DNA from: Tricharina praecox
Taxonomy: Eukaryota
Direction of reading: 5' to 3'
Length of the DNA: 64,000 nt
NCBI RefSeq assembly: GCF_024521635.1
Contig: NW_026250405.1
Coordinates: forward strand, 744,001-808,000
Shown in pieces: positions 46,416 through 58,578 of this stretch (the stretch's first letter is position 1; every line of letters starts with the position of its first letter). A program made the translations under genes and the position numbers. The notes under the pieces were generated by a model. It was not told where the DNA came from and did no database searches. It saw only the letters and a list, made by a program, of their open reading frames with translations.

Positions 46416-48164
46416 TCAGACCCATACCGGCCTTTCCTCTGCGTCTGCCACTGTGTCGTCGACGATGGTCTCGACGATTGCGGCGCCTGCCACCACCTCT
46501 TCGAGTGCTCTCCTCTCCCGTTGCACCACGTTGCCTTCCACCAACATCATGCCCTGACTCTCCTCGAGCATGCCCTTGGCGACCTCCATCCACCTCTCGC
46601 TAACAACGCTGACGACGCCGAGCTCCTCCTCCATCACCACAGCCGCAACGACACTCTCGATAGCTCTGACGGCAGTTTCGATGCGTCTCGACGTGAACAG
46701 GCACTGTCGGCGCCAGTCCTCACCGAGGCCGTCGATCCAGCGTCCGCGCTTCTTGACCCATCCGCCCTGCTCGATGCCTCTCCTGGGCGACGGCGTCGAG
46801 TACCCGGCGATCCACTCTCCAAACGCGGCAGAGAGCAAGCGATGCTCGTTCTGTTGGAGCGATTCCAGCTTCTTGATCGCTTCCGAAAACGCCTGGATCT
46901 TCTCCTCGGGACTGCGCATCGTCTCCCGTCGCTTGCCAGTGATGCCCGCGGCGGGCGTTTCAACAACCGCAACGAGCCCGGCAATATCTAGCAACCGTTG
47001 TCGCCGCGCCAGCTGCTCTCGCGATTTGGAGTGCTCGCGTGCCAGCGTGTCGAAGCGCCGCTTGAGCTTTGCAGTAGCTGAAGCCGTAAGCTGCGCATAT
47101 GTAGAGTGCGAATTAGCATAGAGACAGGAGTGTTGTAGTAGTTGCGTCTGCTGATGGATGGTTGCTGGGTCGAGTGGAGGTGGGGGCATAGACCGACGCG
47201 AGGTAGGCGGAGGTGGGGGCGCGGCAAAGTTCTGTTGTAGTGTAGAGAAGGGAGGCCGGCGGGACTTGGAGACGTTGCTGGCTGTCGATGCTGAAGTCCC
47301 TGGTCGGACTGGTGGCTGCACCGCAGTCGAGGGTGTCGATTGGTTCCGTCTATGGGTCCTTGCTGGCGCTGCAGCAGGAGCAGGAGCAGGAGCAGGAGCT
47401 GCAGCTCTTCTGGGACCCGTCGAAGTGGCCGAAGTAGTGTCTGCATACATTGACAGCGGTCGACGTGAAGTAGTAGTTCCTGTGGCAGCTGCAGTGGCGG
47501 TTCCACTCCTCTCCCTCAAACTCCTAGGTGCAGCAGCGATCCTCGAGCTGGCAGCAGTCGAAGCCGTCGTCTTCCTTTCCGTCGCAGAGGAAGAAGCATT
47601 GGTGCTAGTACTGACAGTCCTCGACCTCAAATTCCGCTTCGGCAGGACAGCAGACTCCTCCTTCTTCTCCTCCCCTCGCGCAGAAATACTCGTGCGCTTC
47701 GTGCTACTCCTCAAGCTCATCGACCTCTTCGGCACAACCGTCTTCCCCTCATCGCCCTTGTCCTTATCGCTCTTCTCCTTCTCCTTCAAATCCCTCGTTC
47801 CAGCCGTCCGTCTAACAAACGTCCTCTCCTTTGTCCCCGCTGCTGCTGCTGCTGCTGTTGCTGCCACTGTCGCCGCTGCCGTCGCCGCTCGCGTAGTTCT
47901 TGCCGGCGGTGGCGGCATACGCGCGCTATCGGCAGAGCCATTATCGGAGGGGGTTCCCTCGCGACTGGTTCGAGATCTCGACGAGGTGTATTGCTGGGGC
48001 GAGGGCAGTCGCGACGAAGTCGACGAGGACGACTGCTGTTGTTCCGGCGGATCCGTGGGTGTAGTCCTTGACGGTGTAGGTAGCGAGCTCCTCACGATCT
48101 GTCGCGCCGGGGCTGATGACGACGGCGAGGGCGTGGAGGGTGAAGGCGTTGGTAGCTGCGCCAT
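46416..48164 (-). CDS. Hypothetical protein with Ser/Thr/Arg-rich disordered N-terminus and helical C-terminus (582 aa)
   Basis: Long ATG-initiated ORF with an AAGAAGATGG start context and an ordered helical C-terminal part (RPPFSTLQQNF..QTQLLQ..WIDGLGEDW). No family recognised. Confidence 0.75.
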   Translation of the reverse strand: MAQLPTPSPSTPSPSSSAPARQIVRSSLPTPSRTTPTDPPEQQQSSSSTSSRLPSPQQYTSSRSRTSREGTPSDNGSADSARMPPPPARTTRAATAAATVAATAAAAAAGTKERTFVRRTAGTRDLKEKEKSDKDKGDEGKTVVPKRSMSLRSSTKRTSISARGEEKKEESAVLPKRNLRSRTVSTSTNASSSATERKTTASTAASSRIAAAPRSLRERSGTATAAATGTTTSRRPLSMYADTTSATSTGPRRAAAPAPAPAPAAAPARTHRRNQSTPSTAVQPPVRPGTSASTASNVSKSRRPPFSTLQQNFAAPPPPPTSRRSMPPPPLDPATIHQQTQLLQHSCLYANSHSTYAQLTASATAKLKRRFDTLAREHSKSREQLARRQRLLDIAGLVAVVETPAAGITGKRRETMRSPEEKIQAFSEAIKKLESLQQNEHRLLSAAFGEWIAGYSTPSPRRGIEQGGWVKKRGRWIDGLGEDWRRQCLFTSRRIETAVRAIESVVAAVVMEEELGVVSVVSERWMEVAKGMLEESQGMMLVEGNVVQRERRALEEVVAGAAIVETIVDDTVADAEERPVWV

Positions 48165-49076
48165 CTTCTTTGTTGTTGTTGTTGTGGGTGAAGATGGGTG
48201 GGTGCGTTGCGATGATGATGGTGTCGTTGTCGTCGCCGGTTAGAGGTTGCTAGGTTGCAAGAGAGCGACAAGATGACGGGACGCAGAAGGCAGAAACGAA
48301 TGACAACAACCACAACATAGACTGGACTGGGTCTCTCTCAATTCGAAAACCCTGTGTGTGGAGGTTATCAGAGCTGCTATTCGTGTCCAGTTTGCTGTTC
48401 CTGTAATCGGTTAGTTAGTTCGCGAAAAAGTGGCCGCCCGTGTACGAATGTGTGTTGAACACAGGGTGGTGAGCGAAAGAAAGAGAAGAGAGAGAGAGCA
48501 GAACCGAGAATGGGAACGAAGAGGGGAAGGGGTACAATCAATTCAATAGCTGCTCATCCCATTTTGCCGAGCGATGACACGGCTTGGCCGGTCATCACAC
48601 AGCACTCGTCAGCCCGGGGGCCAATGACAGGGTGCTAACCGCCCACTGATCTGACGGAACCTCGAGGATTAAGGAGTGGAAATGGACGTTAATTGCTCAA
48701 ACCGCGGGATGGGCGGCCAAACAATTGCGCCTAATACACAACGGAACCCGGTAGACAGAGTACGCGGTATCTAACAGGTGGATAACGACAGGTTAATCCC
48801 CTCAGCCCGGGGAAGGATTTCCAATCTCGCCTCGCCTTATGCTTACGGCCACTCGCGCTCACATTCCTTCGGGAAGGTCTCTCCTGAATCTGGCGTCACC
48901 ACGTTTCAACCATACTATACCTACATAAGTAGGCAATGGTAGTAGAGATACTCGTAGTTACTTTGTTACATACAAGAGTGAACGGGATTCCTGCTGGACA
49001 AGCAAATCCCACCATAAACGCCAAATTGCCAGGAGAAAAAGAAAGACAGAGCAAACGAAACGAGCGCATATGATTT

Positions 49077-52000
49077 TCACATGATCTAACCGCCGTCCAT
49101 TAGCTCCTACGGCTCGATAGGGGAAGGAAGGGCACGAAAGCTTACCGCGCAATCTCCCTCGATGACTGCAGTGCCGCCCTCCATATCACCGCCAGCCCTC
49201 AACCTCTCGACAAACTGTTCAAGCATATCCCTCTGCCGCCGGATGTCAACTATTAGCCATCCGTTCTCCCAGACGCGATGCGAAGTAACTCAGTACAGCA
49301 AGCTCCTCTTATTCGAGCACCGTAGGTAGGGTATCCAAAGGACAAAAGCAACAAAACACAGACGGTCCCGAGTCAGAGATTGGAAAAGACACGGCCACAA
49401 TTACATCAAGAATCGTCCGTATATAAAGCCCACAACGTGAAGAAAGCAACAGATCTCCTTACCGTAAGAATAGTATTTGTGAGTCCAGTCACGTTGTTGT
49501 CTCGGTTCCGATCGATGATTTTCTGGCTGCGATTCAGCAATCTTCTTGAAACCGGTTCGCTGTAGTTCCGCTCGGTTTCTCCGTCATCAGCCCTTCCCCC
49601 CGACCGAGCCTTCTCGCCGAATTCTTGCTGCAACTTGGAATCCGGAGAGAAGAGCTTGACTGTATGATCGATTCCCGAGACTGCGAGGAGCGGCTCGTAT
49701 GGATGTCCGACAGCCACATTTGTCGTCTCGTCATCGCCGCGGAGAAGCTGGACCAGCTTGGTCGTCTTCTTGTCCCAAATGAACAGGTTTCCACAATCTG
49801 AGCCGGAAACAACGTACTCGTCGTTGAGCCCATAGAAGTTGACGTCCTTGACGGTTTTGATGTTACCTGAAGACGAGGCCGATCAGTAGAATTACATCCC
49901 ATGATGACTAAGGGGGCCTACAATGTCCACGGTAGACCTTTGTGTGTTCCCAAACAGGAGCGTGGACTTCCACAGGTCCCCGACTAGGGCGTCCAAATCC
50001 ATTCCAGGCATCCGTACCGCTGTCTTCGTCTTCATCGTCATCGTCATCATCCTCATCATCCTCATCATTATCACCGTCATCACTGGACTCCTTGTCATCG
50101 TCTTCGTCAGGAATATCCACATCCATATCGATATCGCCGTCATCTTCCGGGCCTTCTCCCAAAAGAGCACTGGTCTCACCAGAACCTCTCACTCGTCTAC
50201 GATTTCTTTCCGGAGTCTGTTCGCCAAAGGCATCCGCTACGTAATCATAATCCATTCCGTAAGTCTCTCTCACAAGCAAGGCCCTCGCGACCCTCTCGCC
50301 CCAAAACTTCCGTCCTGCGGCTCCGGGCATGATCGACTCTGCGGAATCGGCCAAGAGGATGGCCTTGAATGCTCTAACCATCGCGACCTCGGACTCAAAG
50401 AGCTCCTCGCTGGTTATAACATCTCGAACTGCATCCAAGCTCGCTTGGTGTTCAAGACTCTGCAGGAAGCGCTCAAGATTCTCCTGCGTGGATGGCGGCG
50501 ATCGCTCCGGAACCCACTCGTCTCCCTGCAGTTCCGCTTCCTCTTCATAATACTCATTTGCCTGTTCTCTAACACCAGCTGCTCCGGAGTTCAGGAACGC
50601 AACCACCGCTTTCAGGAACAGATATCTGAAGGACGCGACGGGCGCCAGGGGTGTCACGAAGGCTCCAGCACCCAGTCCAATCCCCTCTACGAAACCGCCG
50701 TTGGCCCGTGCCACACATCCCGCACCGATCACGAAGGCTCTGACTTTCCTCCTTTTCTCGGCTAGATTTGCTAGCCGGGGGCGTTCGATCTGCAGATATG
50801 TTGGATCACCTTCAAAATGGAGGGAATTGCAGTCCGCCTGATCCATGGCTTCGATGGAGTCATTGATCCGCTGTAGCAGCGCATGCGTTAGTGCCAGAGC
50901 TGCGTCGTAAGACCTCCGTCGCTCCGCCGCGAGATTCCCGACATCCCCTAGAAGGTTGGATGAGGCGAAGCCGAATATCTCCTCCTTTAGTTCAGTCACC
51001 AAAGCACAGATCTTCCGGGTGCTCTGTCCAGGCACGGATTCATCGGGAGAATCAGACGGGGAGCGGCTACGGCGTCTCTTGCGAGCGCGAGCGTTCCCAT
51101 CCCGTTCCCTTTTGGCCCTGCCACTGCTCCTGCGCGCCTCGGGTTCCCACGGTTCACGGCCAAGGCCTTCCTCGTTAGGCAGCGGAGATCGTTTGATATC
51201 GAAGAGATAAACCCCATCCCCAGACCACGAACCGAGCAGCTCGTTCGGGTTCGCATCCGAGATCTTACACGACGTGATATGCGAGTGATACATTATCTTA
51301 CCCCTCTTCCGCGCGGCGAAGCGACGCACACACTTTGTGGCGCCTGCGAGACTCTCCTCGTCGGGTTCGGTGATCGGAACGCGGCTATACAATTTTCCTG
51401 CCTCGGCCATACGGTCCCGTCCCAGCATGCGCCGGTCATGGAGGAAACAGTATTGGTGCGAACCTCCAACGGCAAGGTAGTGCGGCTGCGAGGTCGAGCA
51501 CGAGATGGTATTCAGATCGATTCCGTGGCGCCGATAGGATATCAACGGCGGATTCGCCTCATCTTCATCTTCGTCACGCATGTTCTGCAAGGGGGCGCGC
51601 GGCGCTGGCCTAGAAGGATCGGCATGGGGCCGGGTGTAGAACTGCGACGGCTGCCGGAGGTCAAATTGCCTCACTGTTCCATCTTCAGAGCAGGTCATGA
51701 ACAGATGTGGCGAGGACTCCGTCACGATCCGCTTGGCCCTGTCCGAGTGGCTAGTGTACACTCTCATCGGCTTATCGTGGATCTTCCCTGGGGTAGGACT
51801 CGGCTGTGAATACCCGCGATTGTACCCGCGACGAGACCTCCCCGTCGAGCTTAGGGAATCGACCACCGGCCCCGCCGTCTCCGCCAATGTCGTGTAGGTG
51901 GTAGGCGCGTACTCGATGTCGAAGATGCGGATCTGCGAGTCGCCCGCGGCAGTGATGATAGTGCGATCGGACGAATGCGGCATAAACTTGACCGAAAAGA

Positions 52001-52346
52001 TGTTCTGGCGGTGGCCCGTCTCGATCTGCGTGTTGAGCGAGAAGCCGGCGTTCGCACTGTAGATGTTGACCCGAGTATCGTCACTGCCGCTCGCGAGAAG
52101 CGATCCGTCCCGAGACCATCTGAAACTCATGTTTGTCAAAATTTCCCCCCTGCCATGATGGGAAAGATGGGCTCCCGCTTACTGCAGCGCGTTGACACAT
52201 CCGTCGTGTCCTCTTAGCTCTGCAATGATATCCAAGTCCCTGACCCATCGCCTGTCGCCATAGAGCTTGTTGATGGCCCCGACACCATGGTTGCCCTGGA
52301 GCTCCCGGTAGAGCAGCTCCTCGTTGAGATTGAGTGTTCTAGTCAT
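49077..52346 (-). CDS. WD40-repeat protein, DCAF8/DCAF6-like; exons 52346-52183, 52119-49922, 49866-49463, 49232-49146, 49085-49077
   Basis: LRGHDGCVNALQWSRDGSLLASGSDD, TGHRQNIFSVKFMPHS, TCSEDGTVRQFDLRQ, YRGHCNIKTVKDVNFYG..YVVSGSDCGNLFIWD and LAVSGIDHTVKLFSP. Canonical introns; the last two exons are less certain. Confidence 0.88.
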
Positions 52347-53738
52347 GATTGGAGCACTCCCGTAGTTGGATGATCATGCGAGGTTTGTTGCTGTCGGGGT
52401 TTGGTCGCGGAAGTTCGTTTTCGTGCTCACTTGAGGCGGGATGTGGAGATGTCGATTGTGTGGGGTGAGGCGAAGATTACTACAGTTGCAATTATGACGA
52501 CAAGAAGCTCAGCTGATCCATGCAACAAGTATAGGTAAAAGTAAGTACCGATTAGATACTCCGACTACCAGATACGATAGGTTCCTAACTCTACCATAGA
52601 AACAGCTTGCTCTACTCTCCACCACACTAGCAAATGAGTCCCCGACAGTCAATCGCGAATGATCACGTGTAGGGAACATGGGTGTACAATACAATGTATA
52701 GAAAGCCAAATAAGGTCCGCCCTCCAACCACACCGCACCAAACGAACCTGCTTTTCCGTCTCTCTACACGAAAACCCAGACCTTCCCAGGAAACAGGACA
52801 GGACAAAGAGTTCTTCGCGCTACTTCTGCCAAATGGCTGACTTGGACCAAACTCTTCCGGTCCATGTTGGTTGATCCCGCACGCATCGGGATGTTGCCTC
52901 CGCCGAGGGCATACATCTCGGATTGTCACTCGACGTCCCGCTTCACTCAAGCTCAAGACATGTATAGAAAATCCCGAAAGCTCGAGTAACGGACGCTAGG
53001 TAGGTGCTTGAATTGCATTGGAGTGCTACATCATAACATGTCGTATCGACTGGGTACATTTCGCTGCACGCCATCGGGACAGTTTCCGTAGTCGGCGGCA
53101 ACTCATTGCTGCCTATTCGTATGTAAAAAACTAGCATATCGACGTCTCATTGGTTGATGTTGATGTAGGCACCTAGTGGATGTTGTTTTATAGGGAGAAA
53201 GGTCAGCTGATGGACGTCAAAAAGCAGTCTGATACGCTGATAAGGTACCGCAGCGAGATACACGGATTTACACATGAAACGCAGGCTAATGAGAAAGTAG
53301 GTAGACTCGTTGGCGAGATATGATCACATGTAGGCCGAGACCGTCTACTAGGCAGCCGTCCCTCATAGAAACCGCAGCCCTGGAAGTCATTGGGGTTCTG
53401 TCTATACATATCAATCAAGTGGATAGCATGTGGAATCGTTACATGTAACATGTGACGTATCGTGGAAAGGGCTATGAACTGGTATTATGATGTATTGATT
53501 AGATCTACCTATCTTACGTCGAATAGCGGTACCACTGCTCGACAATGCCGGTATATGTATTTAACTAAAAATCCCACTTCTCGTTTTATTTCCCTTCCTT
53601 TGGTCGATCTAGGTGACCTGCTATACCGGCGATGCGGAGCATACCCAGCAGGTGCATGCATGTGGAAACCACACAATTTGATAGTATGTAGGGTTGTCGA
53701 GAACCAAAACCGCCTGCCTTAGATATTTACCAATACCA

Positions 53739-56088
53739 TTACCACCCCCTCTCCCTGACCAGAGCCTCAACACACCTCCCCACGCCCTCCAATTCCCCCA
53801 GCAAGCTGACATGCCCGCGATCCACCGCCACCTTGCGGACACACCTGTATCCCTCTGGCAACATAGCCGCTCTGGCAAGACATACTCCGTCGCCCGCACC
53901 GAATGCAAGTTCCTCGTATACATCGGGCCTTTTGATCCCCTCCCTTCCATCGACCTTCGCCGCTCTCACTGTCGGTGTAGTCTTCGAGTACAATACCGCC
54001 ATGGGCGGGTAGTGTTCCTCCAGCTCTGGTCGGAACTGTAGCCCCTTACGGAATGCTTTTGCGTCGGCGAGAGTGCGCTCGAGATACGGTATTGCCTGGG
54101 ATTTGGGGATGGTGGGGATATCGGCAGAAGGTGTGGAGGAGGAGGGGAAATTGAGTTGTGGCTCGACACCGGCCGTAGTTTCTTTTTCCTTTTTGGCGGC
54201 GATGTCGGAGAGGGGGTTTAGTGTGTGAAGGACTGCGGAGGCGTTGGTGAGTCTGCTGGTCGGTGGAACTGGTGGCGGCACGGGGAGGTCAGAGACGCAG
54301 GGGGAAAGACCGTATTCGCGCCAGGTGTTGATGTCGAAGAAGTCCACCGGCAGGGGCTTGCCAGTGTGTTTGTCGATAAAGCAGTGTCCGCTTTCGGGCA
54401 AAAATGTGTATGAGGAGCGGAGAGTGAAGTTTACCTGGTGGTGGTCAGCTAATTGATCAAATTACGACTTGCGGACGAGCACGCACCTGTGCTGTAAACA
54501 CCTTGGAATTGAACAGTACTGAGTCACCATTCTTCAGTGGCCCCAGAATATTGATGCACGTTTGTGGAGTGCCTGCAAAGAGCACCCCCGAGAACAACTC
54601 AGGCCGCTGGTTGATGGCATTCCGCACGATTAGTCCACCGAGCGAATGCGCTATCACCAGCGCGCCTCTTCCTTTCCGTCGGACCATTGGATCCTCGCCG
54701 TCGATTGGCTGATTACACGGCAGCGTCTCCAAGAACTCAATCAATTTCCTCGCTATGATCTTCGGCGACAGCCTCCAATCATAGCCCCAATCATGAACTC
54801 GCCGATCATGCGCATAGGTGTTCTGTCTCAGCCGTCGAAACAACCGGCGACTGATATCCACAGCCGAAATACTCTTCAGCATTCCATCGGGCCGGATCTT
54901 TTCCTCAGCACGTTCCTCATCCTCAGGGTTTAATCCCACCTCGAGGTCAACCTTCCGTAGGTTGAATCCCACCTTGAGGGGAATCCAGACACGTCTACCC
55001 AGAACCGCATCCCGGAGGACGGAACCGCGGTATCCTCCAAGGATCACCACATCTCCCCGGACGGTATCTAATGCTTCAAGATCCGACGCCCGAAGTGGCA
55101 ACGGCGGGGTCTGCGGTTCAGGGGTATCCGTGAACGGGTTCAGACTCGCCAGATGCTGATGAAGATGTGTGACTGGTGATATTTTCGGCAGCCCCGCCAG
55201 AAGATTATCCTTCATAGCTTTAAACCGAGCATTGGTTTGGTGTTGAATATGCAGAAACTTTGTGTCATCGCCGAGCGAAGATGTAGTCGATTCGGCGGTC
55301 ATTTCACGAGCGAGCGCGAGTCGAGGCAACTCGGATACCGAGGATGATCGCCGGATCATCTGTGGTGGTGGTTGCGATGCCCTCAGTGCATTGGTGTCCT
55401 CTCGGGCAACCGGTTTGCCGAAGAATACGGAACTTCTATGAGAGGAAAACACGCCAGGTGATCTAACAGTCTGCTGCATAGTCTTTGCCCTCCGCCGCCG
55501 GTACTTTTCGGTCATGGACTCCACCGTCGTCGAGTATGAAGACGACGAGGACGAGCCTCCGGACGCAAAAGACGGGAAGGTGACCCCCCGCGGCAATGAA
55601 AACGACGGCAGCGAGAACGTAAGTGATGAAGAAGCTTTGTGATGCGCCGTCGGCTTTTTATGCTGATCATAGCTAGACCATTTCAGCGACTGCGGCTGCG
55701 ACCGACGAAGCGGACTTGTATCCACAGGCGAACGTTGTATTGCCCTCACCCCTCCCTCCGGTTCATCCTCTTCTGAAGATGGCAAAACAGAACGCGGCGT
55801 GGTATGGCTCAGCGCATCGTCGTAAAGCGCAGTTGAGTGCACACGCGACAGAATTGGCGCTATGAGCGTCTCCGCATCCACTTCGCGAAGCCCCTTCTGC
55901 TGACGGATACTGGCAGCATCATGCGCCGGTAACTCCTCAAATTCGTCCGATGAAGATATCGGCGGTGGCGGCTGTGTATCACTAATTTTAGGCGGAGGAG
56001 GGCGGAATATCGGTTGGTATGTCGGGTCGTCTCCAACGTCCAACATCGACCTCGGCGGTCTCGGCGGAGAGTTCAGTACGACGGTCAT
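53739..56088 (-). CDS. Alpha/beta-hydrolase, LCAT/PDAT-like (yeast YJR098C-like); exons 56088-54487, 54434-53739
   Basis: VVILGGYRGSVLRD, WGYDWRLSP, AHSLGGL nucleophile elbow, GDGV and GHVSLL. Intron GTGCGT..GCTGAC..CAG joins TAQ|VNFTLRSS. Confidence 0.85.
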
Positions 56089-57339
56089 GTTTGCATTATT
56101 GGTTGATCGGAATCGGTAGTGCGAGGCGAAGCAAAGAGTCGTCAAAAGGCACGCGGAGGTTGCAGTGGCTGTAGGGCGGGGGGTTGTGATATCACAGCTG
56201 TGTGTATGTACACGGACAACTCAGGGAGGGAGGGAGAGGGAGGCATACAAGATGCTGTCAGCTTTCATACACCCTCCCTCTCATTTCCTGGCTCGCGGAG
56301 GAATCATGTCGTTCGTTCGTTGGCTCGGAAGTGGGAAACGTCCGGGGGGAGGGGGCGAGCGATAGATGGATGGCCTGGCCGCCGACCTCTCGTGGCAGTT
56401 TTTTGGATCAACACGAATACGGTAAACTTCTTTTGGTTAGGATGACGTTATCGACGCATTCTGCGCGTGTGTGGCTTGGGGGCCATTCCAGAACCATTGG
56501 ACGAAACGTCGAAGCTTTTGCAGCCGATCACCCGCTGATCTCTACCGCTGCAGCGCCTGAAACGAGAACACACTTCTTTGCAAAAGCGAATCGCGAAGAG
56601 ATCAATACCAACCAAAACACCGCTGTTTTAGGTAACGCACGGCTAACACAAACTGCTCACCCTATCTCACTCGTAATTCTCCGGCGATGTCATTTTTAGC
56701 AATGGAAAAACGTGGGACGGACCGTCGGAAGTAAGGTCTTTCAACTAGGTTCATAGCTCGGAGCCGGGTCCGTAGTACATACCCACATACATAGCGGTTT
56801 TCTCCTCTTTCACATGGCAGAGGCGGAAGGGCCTCCGCACTGTAGGCCCCGGTTCGGAATGAACGGATCGCCGAAATGCCGCTCCGACTTGATGATATCG
56901 ATGTCGTCTTACAACACTTGAGACACACATGCAGAGGCAGGTAAGCACTGTTGTGATGTGACCGTCGGCGACCGCGCCGGACATCGGCTAGACAGCCTCA
57001 GAGTTCGGAGATTGATTTTGCCCGAACCCCGTCTTGCCTGTCTTCACATGGAGAGTGGGGCCGGTGAACATCGGAATTGCCTTTCCCCGTATTACAGTCC
57101 TCGTATCATAGTCCCCGTATTCGTACCAAACACTGTAGCTTCTTCACATAGCAGCTATGCATGTATTTTGATGTTAGTATGGCTAAGCCACAACGCCAAA
57201 TCATGGTCTTCGACGATACGTTTAGACTGCCTCCCACAAAACGCAAGCTAGAAAAACTTCCATAGACGCCAATTACTTACCCTTCCCGCAAACAAAGCGA
57301 ACATGATGCAAAAGAACGAAACACCTTCAGCTCATCCCA

Positions 57340-58128
57340 TCACCGCATTGTCGGCGGCCTCGCCTCCTTGTTCCACATAACCCTCGTCCTCAACCATTCC
57401 ACGGCTTCCACGACACCCGTCCTGCACCTGTCAGTCCACGCACCACCACACGTAAGGGCACACGCGTGAACACTCACCCCTCCAAAGCCGACACCGGCAG
57501 CACCCGACTATCCCTCGCGCCCAGTTGCACAACAACCGGATTGATAACCTCCTTCAGCTCGGCAATCTCCAGGCTCTCATCGCGATCCTGTTTGTTTGCC
57601 AGCACCAGAACCGGAACCCCCTCAGTCTCCTCACTCTCTATGACCTCTCGTAGCGTGGCAACAACCTCGCTCTCTATCCGAGGCACGTCGGTGGAGTCGA
57701 TGACGAAGACGATCGCGTGCGCTGAGGAGTAATAGCTCTTCCATAGCTTCCGAAGCGTCGATTGACCGCCGATATCCCAAAGCTTTAGGTACACTGTGGG
57801 GTTCTGTAGGGGGATGATGGAGACGTTTTGGCCGACGGTCGGGATTGTAGAACCGATTTTGGGAGGTGCCGGGCCCGAGGGGAGGTAGATGGATTTGATC
57901 TTTTCGAGGAGGGTCTGCGGGAGAGCATGTTAGCTAGCTTCGCGGGGGAGAGGACGAGCGATCGGGGAGGCGTACGGTTTTGCCTGCATTGTCGAGGCCG
58001 AGAAGTCTGAGATGGCCGTTTCGTCAGCTACCGGACGGAGAAACTGTCGGAAGAGATCGAACACACAACACGGAGTACTCCTCTTTACTTGTCGCATAGA
58101 GGTAGAAGCCCTTTGCAAGGGTATACAT
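57340..58128 (-). CDS. ARL3: Arf-like GTPase Arl3/ARFRP1; exons 58128-58067, 58006-57976, 57914-57478, 57421-57340
   Basis: Spliced MYTLAKGFYLYATSKEEYSVLLLGLDNAGKTTLLEKIK..PTVGQN..WDIGGQ..LANKQD..SALEGTGV. The MY N-terminus is typical of Arl3/ARFRP1. Confidence 0.92.
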
Positions 58129-58578
58129 CACTGACTAGATTCTCAAGGCGAATAGGTTTCTATCGTAGTGTTGTGGGCGATTCTGCAGAACGACCGAATG
58201 ACGTTAACGATTTGGACTGTGCTTTTGCGCTGTAGATAACACGCTTCGGTCTCACTTATCCAAGTGCACGTGTTTAGAGCTGCTTGATGCTGAGGTCTGC
58301 GGTAGTTAGGTTTGCGGGGCTGGTGGCAGAGGGGACCCTTGCGGCTTTCTCGGCTTGGCTGCATTTAAATTGCACAAGAGCCGCCTTCAGTTCTCTCTAA
58401 AAATTTAACTGGAGAGAGTTTTGGAATGGCGTTTTGCCTCCAACTTGCTCATCGTCGATTGAGTCACCTTGGCCAGCGATCACCCTCATTCATTCTCGCA
58501 ACACCGACGAAGTTGCAACGTATTCGGACCACAACTGTCACTCTGCTCGAATCCCCTTCGTTTCGAACATTCACCACA

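Noticed and set aside
47158..48243. 361-aa + strand ORF
   Set aside because: Antisense shadow of the 582-aa minus-strand gene.
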